Source of the DNA: Auanema rhodensis
Lineage: Eukaryota; Animalia; Nematoda
Reading direction: 5' to 3'
Assembly (NCBI GenBank): GCA_964057225.1
Contig: OZ059894.1
Location: 9,176,001 to 9,240,000, forward strand
Length of the DNA: 64,000 bases
Under the pieces are notes generated by a model. The model did no database searches, was not told the origin of the DNA, and worked only from the letters and a program-made list of their open reading frames with translations. The stretch's first letter is position 1. Every line of letters starts with the position of its first letter. The translations under genes and the position numbers were made by a program. Of this stretch, positions 52,001-61,644 are shown in pieces.

Positions 52001-53846
52001 CCTTTAGATCTTCAGTCTAACGCTCTCCCAACTGAGCTATCGAGGCTATGATTAGACAGAATAAAGAATTCTTGAAGAGTTATCAGGAACAGAAAACTAT
52101 TGTTGAAAGCAATTCCAATGTTCAAACTCTGGAATTCTGGAAACTGAATAATACTCATTACTGAAACCGAAACTAGGATTCAGAGGACCGATAGAACTCA
52201 GAAAAAGAATATTTCAAGGTGTCTGAAGGTAAAACATTGCCCCGAACCAGGATCGAACTGGTGACCTTTAGATCTTCAGTCTAACGCTCTCCCAACTGAG
52301 CTATCGAGGCTATGATTAGACAGAATAAAGAATTCTTGAAGAGTTATCAGGAACAGAAAACTATTGTTGAAATCAATTCCAATGTTCAAACTCTGGAATC
52401 CTGGAAACTGAATAATACTCATTACTGAAACCGAAACTAGGATTCAGATGACCGAGAGAACCCAGAAAAGGAATATTTCAAGGTGTCGGAAGGTAAAACA
52501 TTGCCCCGAACCAGGATCGAACTGGTGACCTTTAGATCTTCAGTCTAACGCTCTCCCAACTGAGCTATCGAGGCTATGATTAGACAGAATAAAGAATTCT
52601 TGAAGAGTTATCAGGAACAGAAAACTATTGTTGAAATCAATTCCAATGTTCAAACTTTGGAATTCTGGAAACTGAATAATACTCATTACTGAAACCGAAA
52701 CTAGGATTCAGATGACCGATAGAACTCAGAAAAAGAATATTTCAAGGTGTCTGAAGGTAAAACATTGCCCCGAACCAGGATCGAACTGGTGACCTTTAGA
52801 TCTTCAGTCTAACGCTCTCCCAACTGAGCTATCGAGGCTATGATTAGACAGAATAAAGAATTCTTGAAGAGTTATCAGGAACAGAAAACTATTGTTGAAA
52901 TCAATTCCAATGTTCAAACTCTGGAATTCTGGAAACTGAATAATACTCATTACTGAAACCGAAACTAGGATTCAGATGACCGAGAGAACCCAGAAAAGGA
53001 ATATTTCAAGGTGTCGGAAGGTAAAACATTGCCCCGAACCAGGATCGAACTGGTGACCTTTAGATCTTCAGTCTAATGCTCTCCCAACTGAGCTATCGAG
53101 GCTATGATTAGACAGAATAAAGAATTCTTGAAGAGTTATCAGGAACAGAAAACCATAGTTGGAATCAATTCCAATGTTCAAACTCTGGAATCCTGGAAAC
53201 TGAATAATACTCATTACTGAAACCTAAGCTAGGATTCAGATGACCGATAGAACTCAGAAAAGGAATAATTCAAGGTGTTGGAAGGTAAAACATTGCCCCG
53301 AACCAGGATCGAACTGGTGACCTTTAGATCTTCAGTCTAACGCTCTCCCAACTGAGCTATCGAGGCTATGATTAGACAGAATAAAGAATTCTTGAAGAGT
53401 TATCAAGAACAGAAAACCATAGTTGGAATCAATTCCAATGTTCAAACTCTGGAATCCTGGAAACTGAATAATACTCATTACTGAAACCGAAACTAGGATT
53501 CAGAGGACCGATAGAACTCAGAAAAAGAATATTTCAAGGTGTCTGAAGGTAAAACATTGCCCCGAACCAGGATCGAACTGGTGACCTTTAGATCTTCAGT
53601 CTAACGCTCTCCCAACTGAGCTATCGAGGCTCTGATTAGACAGAATAAAGAATTCTTGAAGAGTTATCAGGAACAGAAAACTATTGTTGAAAGCAATTCC
53701 AATGTTCAAACTCTGGAATTCTGGAAACTGAATAATACTCATTACTGAAACCGAAACTAGGATTCAGAGGACCGATAGAACTCAGAAAAAGAATATTTCA
53801 AGGTGTCTGAAGGTAAAACATTGCCCCGAACCAGGATCGAACTGGT
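46048..53846 (-). repeat. tRNA-Phe array block C: 29 full-length copies (from 46166) plus one interrupted copy
   Basis: 53822-46166 = 29x264. Confidence 0.97.
46166..46238 (-). tRNA. tRNA-Phe(GAA), first copy of block C
   Basis: Identical to the consensus copy. Confidence 0.95.
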
Positions 53847-54262
53847 TATCGCGAATGCGATTATCCATCATTCAATCGATGCAATCTCATCACGTTGGCT
53901 GATGAGATTCACGGGCACTCTGTTTTTATACCACCGTCGCGGACGGTCGCTTTTCTCTCTCCTCGTTGCTGTCTTTATCTTATGACTCATCTAGTCTGAA
54001 CCACCGTTTTATCCTTGTCCTTTAGTAAGACTATCTCTAGTCTCATTAGTGATGTATATCTAGTCTTATTACATTCACTCTAGTCTTCTATGTATTTTAT
54101 CTAGTCTTATTATATATCTTCTAGTCCTTATATTCTGTATTATGTATATCTGAATGGCATATGAATGAATCTTTCTTCCTCTAATAGTATTTTACGTTAA
54201 CAGGGCATAGAATAGAAAGTGTGAACCTGGGAGGCTATTTGAAGAGCCCTCTATCTTCAAAA
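53847..54262 (+). repeat. 5' LTR of element 3
   Basis: TATCGCG...CTTCAAAA; direct repeat of 61229-61644. Confidence 0.93.
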
Positions 54263-54274
54263 TGGTGCATCGGC
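54263..54274 (+). promoter_or_regulatory. Primer binding site, tRNA-Gly(GCC)-like
   Basis: TGGTGCATCGGC is complementary to a ...CGAUGCA-CCA 3' end. Confidence 0.75.
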
Positions 54275-56535
54275 ATCACTTTCTACTCTATGACCTTTCT
54301 ATTGCGCTACTTTATCTTTTTTCTTTTTTTTTCTTCAAGCCAGTCTGCTCGTTAATAGTGACTCGTTGGATGTCCTTTACAGTATAAGTTCACTGATCTA
54401 AATACTCTAAAGGAATCGTATGTCAGTATGACATAATTGGTTGTTAAATATTGTCTAGATATCAGTGATAATTAAACATTATTTAAAATTTTGGTTGATA
54501 CCATATTTTTGTACCACATGATTACAGAAAGTAACATAGTGGGTTGTTCGCTATATAAACTCTATTGGATTACCCAATGGCTACTTCCTTTAACTTGCCG
54601 GCAGTGACTCAGCTGGGATTGATCACCCCTTATTATGTTTCACAGTATTTTCCTAGGAAGAATATGCGAGAGTACGAGAAAAATGCAGACAAAGTACCAA
54701 CAAACACATTTTATGGCGATCTTATTTTTACTGACTGAGGACAGTGAGAAACAATGATATGAATTACGCATTAGCAAAGCTACCGTCTAAAAACGCTATT
54801 TATTCATTTATTCTTTGATTTTGAGACCTTTTTATATCTTTTATATTTTACGTAACTTTCAATAATCATTGCAAACAGTTTTGATAGACTTCGAGTGCAA
54901 AAGTTATTTTAACAATTGTGAATCAATTGAATAGGTGACTAAAAGGCATCTTAGACCAATGTCTCCTTGCTATATGAGTAATGCTGTCTGTTTCCTCATC
55001 TGTAAAGGAGTCAGTATCTTAGAGATCAACGATTATTTGTGAACATGTGTGGAAGGAGCCTATCAACAAGGAACGTCTGTTGACCTACTTGTTGATGTTT
55101 GTTTGGTACCCTTGCACTCTCGGTAGGTGTTGTTTATATAAAAATGCGAAAGAGTTCCGAGTTTTTACTATTTACGGCTTGTTTTATAGTTTTTAAATTT
55201 CTTTATTCATCCATTGTCTGTAAATCTATTGTTTCCAACCATATGAGTCATATGTAACGACCAACGGGTCAATGAGAAAGGTCAGAGTCCAAATCATGAA
55301 ATTCATAAAATTTATATATTTTATCTTATATAAGATCATCACCCACGTTCTATAGGACAAAATACATTAACTATATTGTTAAAATCCTACGCAGATGAAA
55401 ATTTCTGTGAAAAATCACAAAACATCATAATATCCCATCCTACATAGATGAGATAATGATAAGACACGAAAGAGCTACGAATTATCATCCTACGCATGTT
55501 AAAGCATAAAATATAAATCTCAGCAAAGGTTAAGAGATATTTCCAACATTTTGCACCAAAAAGTCGATTTTAGCAAATATGTTGACAAGATACGCGAAAA
55601 AAGACAAAAGATGTTGCCATCTGTTCATTGACCTGGTGCGGCGCCATTAGCACCACGCAAACATCTCTCACACATTATCTAGGTCATCATCGAATGACAT
55701 GGAATATCAAAACATTTTAAAATGTTATGAGAAGTTAACCCACTCGTTTTGTTTCAAACGCATTAAATAATCTCATTTAATAATCTTACATATACTTTTT
55801 GCAGATTAGCTCCTCCCTCTTAACATCCCACACGGCCTAGCTGCCAGACAGGTCATTCATTCCGCCGCTACAACCAGCCACAGCACCCGACGCCATCTGC
55901 TAACCTATTCACCAGACAAGGACAATCGACATCAAGGATCCTCAAGGAGAATCAAGTTAGTTTTCATTTGTTCGCATTAACACTTTAACCGCTTATTGAA
56001 TTTGAATTGATACTCTCTGGTATCAATTATACATTTACATTAAGTTGGTAAGTTATTTTATAATTTCAATTTGTTTTATTTTAATTTTATTATTTCACAT
56101 TTTATATTGTTTATATTTCATTCACATCTGTTATCTTATACAATTTCCTTTGTTCATCTGTCCAGAAATAAATCTTTTGTCTCAAATCACTCATCCTTTT
56201 CATACACATACTTTCTGATCAATCAAACAATAATATTTTGAATATTTTTTGGATATCCTTATTATATTTCAACCAATTAATATTAATATTGATATTATAT
56301 TTTTTGATAAAAAACAACAGCATATTTAGTATCAAATTACTCAGAAAACTTTACTGAATTCATCCAAGCTAGTTTGCTCACATTTTTTGATCGATTTTGG
56401 GAAACTCAATTTTTTCTCTCTATTTCCTACAGTAATCTCTCAACTTGAATTGTTCTCTCATCTAGTGAATCATCCAATTTTTCTTTTTTAACCAGAGAAA
56501 GATACTTATTGAATTATCTTTGCCTGAACAATCTC

Positions 56536-56541
<6 letters not shown>

Positions 56542-56603
<62 letters not shown>
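56542..56603 (+). repeat. Poly(A) tract of about 62 nt in the leader of element 3
   Basis: Uninterrupted A run, with a second shorter run about 25 nt later. Confidence 0.9.
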
Positions 56604-56605
<2 letters not shown>

Positions 56606-57095
56606 AAAAATATACTAACTTAGCTAAAAAAAAAAAAAAAAAAATATATTCAAAAGATAAAACATACATTTTTTTACAAAAGATTCCACACAAGTAATTT
56701 AACGAAACAGTAACAACTACACGAAAAAACTAACAGTATAACTCTCCAAAGAAAAAACTGTTAACAAATATTCAACTAAATATTCATTGTACCTTCTAAT
56801 AGTGAACTATTTGCTTATCTTATTTGCTTATATTACTTGTTTATTTATATTCCTATTTATATTATATATTGTTATTCCTTCTATCGACAGCTATTATATT
56901 CGGACTTTAATTCAATTGATTTTAATAATCAATCCACAAATTAGCTAGATTAAACACAAAATTAACTTGAACAATAATATTTCTCTTCAAACAAAATGAT
57001 TATGAGTCCCTCTTCTCCATCGGAAACTCGTAACTCGTAACCTGACTGCCTTAGCAAGACAGTTAAGTTGTTTAAAAAGAAATATAACTCACGCG

Positions 57096-60000
57096 TTGAA
57101 GTTGTTCAACACGGTGAAGGAGGACATCCTCCCGTACCATCAAGCATTCATCTTCCCCCCGGTTGATGACATTGACAGATGTCGAGAGTTCATACATACG
57201 CACAAGCCTAGCTTGATGCGTATATATTATAAAGCCATCCCGGTTGGGGACGTCTTCCGATCACTACGAGATCAGTTAGACGAACATCGAGTGGTGCTCG
57301 AGGAACGCACCCATGTGGACTACCCAGCAACTTGGTTGGAATTATACCAAGGTAGCTATAAAAGGATGTTGGCCAAACACCCTCAAGCCCATAAGACCAT
57401 GAAAGCTCATGAAATCGACCAACTTGTCACCAAAGACATTGGCGAAGAACATCCGCCCACAGTTGCAAAACTGATCAAGGGCATTTTGGACTATTGTGAT
57501 GAGAGAGATCTCATTGTGAACACAGGCGAAGTTGAGGAATATACTCAACTTATCCAACTTCGCCGAGATGAACTCGATGACTATCAGAGTTCATTTGACT
57601 CTACAGTACATGACTCAACAACATTGCAAAATGACATGAACAGAATGAAATACTCCAGAAAAAATTTAGAGATGAGTTTCTTTTCTGGAATACAAAAACA
57701 TTTAAACAACATTCAGAAAACACTTGACAAAATTTGGCAACGATGGCATAATGAATATGTCGTCGCCCTTCGAGCAACACACATGTTGGATCACAAGCAA
57801 GGACATTTCTCCACAGCTACACCAAAAGTAGGCACAGTAGTGCTAATGTCAGATGACAATACGAAACGAAACCAGTGGAAAATGGGTTTAATAACAAGCA
57901 TACAGAACACGGAATCTGTGAGAGTTGCAGAAGTCCGTACATCTGATGGACACAAACTAATTAGACCCATCAATCGCCTGATTCCCCTTGAAATTCCTTC
58001 CGACAACGAGCATCATACGGAAAACAGTCATACGCAGTCCCCACACAAATCAGACAAAACTGTCACGTTTAAAGAAACTCCAGAGGTCATTTTACTCGAT
58101 AACGAAGTATCCACCGTTGTGGAAACCAGCACATCGACCGGACCCAATACAACTGAAAACGTGATAGACCCAAACGTTATCACTATCAACGATGATGATG
58201 ACATCGAAGTGATCACCATTGCAGATGATGAAGGTGAAAATGAACCACAACCTCGAAAACGACAACGTCTCCCCAGTTACACACATTTTTTCATAGCCAT
58301 GATACTGGGTATTCTCGTCAATACAATGTCCGCAACCAACATCTGCCAGTTCTCTTGCATCAAAGGAGGAGTAGGCATATCAAACTGCGGTACTGGACAT
58401 CCCATCCGAGTTTGTGCCCGAGAAACATGTGTAGAGTACAACCCAAATACTCCCAACTTCACCATAGTATTTCCGGCTCATGTTGTATTGCATGACCACA
58501 CATTCATCTCACGACATATTATCGATAAAAATGACACATTTGCATTGCATCAACTGGATTGTCCAGCAACTCCGTTTTGCGATATGATTCAATGTCTGTT
58601 CTGTCTTGAACTACTCCACAACCCATCTTGTTTCCCATACGCAGCACTCTCGGCGACCGCACTCATCATATGGCTCATTCTATTTAGCATTCTTTTAAGC
58701 ATCATAGTCATCCGAATTTGTTCTAAAAAATTTGTTCATATTGCACAATACACCCTTTTTTCCGTTTGGCGTATGATCACTCAATGTCTCCCATCTCATA
58801 TAAGATCTCATATCTCTATTCAGGAAGAACGATCGGTACTCGAGTACGTCCCGCTCAGTTCTCACAAGCTACCTCGATGGCAGAAGTCTACACCCTCACA
58901 ACGATCACGACAACGTGACCGATTAGTTCACCGAGTCGGGTATCTTTTGGTTGCAATAATCGTCATTTTTTTGATTGAATCTCTTGTAGTTAATGCATGT
59001 ACTATTGTTCCTCCGAGTATATCACATGTTCCAGGCAACTCCGTCTCGAACTTATCACCTACCCACCAAGTCAACCAAGTCAGCAGCTCCACCACCCTCC
59101 ATACTTACGATAATGAGGTATGTTTCACAACTTCACATTCAAACCGATCATACGCCAATCCCCTCACGAACTCACACCTGCGCATCAAACTTATGTATAC
59201 ACGTATACTGTGCACGAAAGTATCCTTATTTTTTACACGTCACACCATCGTAAAAACTGAATCCGCAAAACGGTGTCCCCATATGGGCTCTTGTGTAGGA
59301 TCGTTTTGTGCGAACGTTCGACCCAATACATCAATCTCAGAACTCTCATTAGCCAACCAATATCCAGGTACCAGCTATTGTTCAGAAAGCTGTGGATTTC
59401 TATCATGCGGTTGTGCGTTGCCAACTTCTGGTTGTCTCTTCTATCGCAACTTTCATGTTCCCAATGACAATATCACCCACGAAGTTTTCTACTGCTCACG
59501 ATGGACACCTAGGGTTTTTCTCCAGATTAGCATCCATACAGCTATTGAGAACAAAACTGAAACGATCTCGCACGTCCCCTTTTTACCACACTCTACAAAA
59601 ATCATTAACGGGTACCATATTACTCTTGGGAGAATAACATATTCTGATAATGAAATCCTCCATAGACGATTCATTACTTCCAACTCGAGAATTGCAGTTT
59701 TACCTCACTCTGCTACATTTTCATACTCGTGCGGAAAAGTTAAAACCGCTGACCCATTCTCCGAATGTACTGTAACAGACACATGTTCATGCAGACCAGC
59801 CGAAACAGTCGAAAATTGCTATTGTCAGGACAGCAATCCTAACATGCTCTATACTAATAACTACACCCTACCATTATCTCTTCCATCTCTGACCATGATC
59901 CCAAAAAACAATCTCATTTTTGCTCATCCCATAAGCGCTGTTGACATTAAAATGTGGACAAATATCTCAGATGTCACTTATGAATACGACAATAGTCCTA

Positions 60001-60638
60001 CTATTTGCGAACTAAAATCCAAAGACCTAGTTGGATGTTTTGACTGTGTTACTGGAGCAACAACAATCATTACTTGCATCAGTACATCATCCCACATTCG
60101 AATTTCGTGCGACGATGAAGAATTTCTGCTTACATGCAATTCTCAGGGTTACAACAACTCTATTCCCATACAGAGCAATTTTTCAACACCGTCTATAACG
60201 TGTACTCATCCGTGTACTTCCGCCACATTACATCTCAAAGGCAACTTGTACTACGTGAACGAATACATAGGTTTTGAACAGTCCACTCATCAGATTACAA
60301 ACAGTTCATTCAGTCTCCTGAACGTCGAGTTTACCATACCGAGCTTTTTTGTACCCACTCACTTAATCAGCTCACTTGTTTCGTTTTACTCGGACTACCT
60401 TAAAACGATTGTAATACTATTGAGTGTTTTGATCACAGTACTCGGCTTTGTAACCGCCGTAATTGACCGCGTCTTCCAGTTGTCAAGTACACCCGCTCTC
60501 CTAGCATATTTACCCATACAAATACTTATTATCTGCGCAATTCCTTTTCGCATCATTTTTTTCACAATTCATTTGTTGTTCAAGATTGTAGTTCGAGCCA
60601 GTCATAGCGCAGTGGCTAAGGGTACGCACTCTCAGTGA
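57096..60638 (+). CDS. Gag-like N-terminus fused to the BEL/Pao post-integrase domain (DUF5641-like) and a phlebovirus-like Gn/Gc envelope polyprotein
   Basis: IWQRWHNEYVVALR...PKVGTVVL...WKMGLI...RPINRLIPLE, then a signal-like segment, Cys-rich Gn, TM and second signal. Gc motifs KRCPHMGSC and CSESCGFLSCGC...GCLFYR and a C-terminal TM follow. No PR, RT or DDE motifs. The likely original ATG at 56996 is frameshifted. Confidence 0.9.
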   Translation: MKLFNTVKEDILPYHQAFIFPPVDDIDRCREFIHTHKPSLMRIYYKAIPVGDVFRSLRDQLDEHRVVLEERTHVDYPATWLELYQGSYKRMLAKHPQAHKTMKAHEIDQLVTKDIGEEHPPTVAKLIKGILDYCDERDLIVNTGEVEEYTQLIQLRRDELDDYQSSFDSTVHDSTTLQNDMNRMKYSRKNLEMSFFSGIQKHLNNIQKTLDKIWQRWHNEYVVALRATHMLDHKQGHFSTATPKVGTVVLMSDDNTKRNQWKMGLITSIQNTESVRVAEVRTSDGHKLIRPINRLIPLEIPSDNEHHTENSHTQSPHKSDKTVTFKETPEVILLDNEVSTVVETSTSTGPNTTENVIDPNVITINDDDDIEVITIADDEGENEPQPRKRQRLPSYTHFFIAMILGILVNTMSATNICQFSCIKGGVGISNCGTGHPIRVCARETCVEYNPNTPNFTIVFPAHVVLHDHTFISRHIIDKNDTFALHQLDCPATPFCDMIQCLFCLELLHNPSCFPYAALSATALIIWLILFSILLSIIVIRICSKKFVHIAQYTLFSVWRMITQCLPSHIRSHISIQEERSVLEYVPLSSHKLPRWQKSTPSQRSRQRDRLVHRVGYLLVAIIVIFLIESLVVNACTIVPPSISHVPGNSVSNLSPTHQVNQVSSSTTLHTYDNEVCFTTSHSNRSYANPLTNSHLRIKLMYTRILCTKVSLFFTRHTIVKTESAKRCPHMGSCVGSFCANVRPNTSISELSLANQYPGTSYCSESCGFLSCGCALPTSGCLFYRNFHVPNDNITHEVFYCSRWTPRVFLQISIHTAIENKTETISHVPFLPHSTKIINGYHITLGRITYSDNEILHRRFITSNSRIAVLPHSATFSYSCGKVKTADPFSECTVTDTCSCRPAETVENCYCQDSNPNMLYTNNYTLPLSLPSLTMIPKNNLIFAHPISAVDIKMWTNISDVTYEYDNSPTICELKSKDLVGCFDCVTGATTIITCISTSSHIRISCDDEEFLLTCNSQGYNNSIPIQSNFSTPSITCTHPCTSATLHLKGNLYYVNEYIGFEQSTHQITNSSFSLLNVEFTIPSFFVPTHLISSLVSFYSDYLKTIVILLSVLITVLGFVTAVIDRVFQLSSTPALLAYLPIQILIICAIPFRIIFFTIHLLFKIVVRASHSAVAKGTHSQ

Positions 60639-60865
60639 TTGATGACGGGTTCAATACCCAGTGAGTCCTCGATTTATTTTCTCGATTTCTTAGTTCCCTA
60701 TCATAGCAAACGATTGTTCAATTTGATTTACACCAGTCCTACACAATTTATCATTTTGCCGCGGGGAGGTATACTACGTATAAAAACCATCATTATTTCA
60801 GTCTTGATAACATCAAAGAATGGAGCGATTCCCTTGATCAACTCCAGGATAACGGCAACTCAAAG

Positions 60866-61195
60866 ATGCCTAACAAAAGTCAGAATACGTCTGCACCAAA
60901 AAAGCAGAACAACTCTAAAGTGAAGTACAGAAAAATGGAAGAAGACATGAAATGTCAACTCTGTTGGAAGAAGGGCCACACCATGGGAAAATGCACAGTC
61001 TACAAGACTGCAGCACAACGCGTCAAGCGTTGCAAGTTGATCAACATGTGCTTGAAGTGTTTGCGGAACCACTTTGGAAAACCGTGTGTGGAGAAGATGA
61101 AGAAAATATGTCATGTGTGCAAAGGAAGCGGACTGGACCACGATCATCCTGGTGTATTATGCAAGCTGCAGTTTGCGGAGGAACTAGCAGAATGA
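60866..61195 (+). CDS. 109-aa basic protein with three Cys/His knuckles (BEL/Pao nucleocapsid-like)
   Basis: CQLCWKKGHTMGKC, CLKCLRNHFGKPC and CHVC...HPGVLC; ATG in AAAGATG context. Confidence 0.8.
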   Translation: MPNKSQNTSAPKKQNNSKVKYRKMEEDMKCQLCWKKGHTMGKCTVYKTAAQRVKRCKLINMCLKCLRNHFGKPCVEKMKKICHVCKGSGLDHDHPGVLCKLQFAEELAE

Positions 61196-61228
61196 AATCA
61201 GTTCTGATTTCTCTCTCCTGGCCCGGAA

Positions 61229-61644
61229 TATCGCGAATGCGATTATCCATCATTCAATCGATGCAATCTCATCACGTTGGCTGATGAGATTCACGGGCAC
61301 TCTGTTTTTATACCACCGTCGCGGACGGTCGCTTTTCTCTCTCCTCGTTGCTGTCTTTATCTTATGACTCATCTAGTCTGAACCACCGTTTTATCCTTGT
61401 CCTTTAGTAAGACTATCTCTAGTCTCATTAGTGATGTATATCTAGTCTTATTACATTCACTCTAGTCTTCTATGTATTTTATCTAGTCTTATTATATATC
61501 TTCTAGTCCTTATATTCTGTATTATGTATATCTGAATGGCATATGAATGAATCTTTCTTCCTCTAATAGTATTTTACGTTAACAGGGCATAGAATAGAAA
61601 GTGTGAACCTGGGAGGCTATTTGAAGAGCCCTCTATCTTCAAAA
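61229..61644 (+). repeat. 3' LTR of element 3
   Basis: Direct repeat of 53847-54262; preceded by GGCCCGGAA. Confidence 0.93.

Larger units (their letters stand above)
53847..61644 (+). mobile_element. BEL/Pao-derived, pol-deleted, env-carrying LTR element (7798 bp)
   Basis: 416-bp LTRs that look identical, TSD CTGGT (5 bp; 6-7 bp is possible because of the A run), tRNA-Gly PBS, the BEL post-integrase domain, and a phlebovirus-like env. Confidence 0.93.

Noticed and set aside
53899-53910. Hammerhead ribozyme core CTGATGAG in the element 3 LTR
   Set aside because: It is one arm of a 10-bp hairpin, with no suitably placed GAAA or stem II/III.
60639-60923. 94-aa ORF directly after the env stop (possible read-through)
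   Set aside because: It is in frame after TGA but has no recognisable features and spans UTR-like and PPT-like sequence; read-through cannot be supported from sequence alone.
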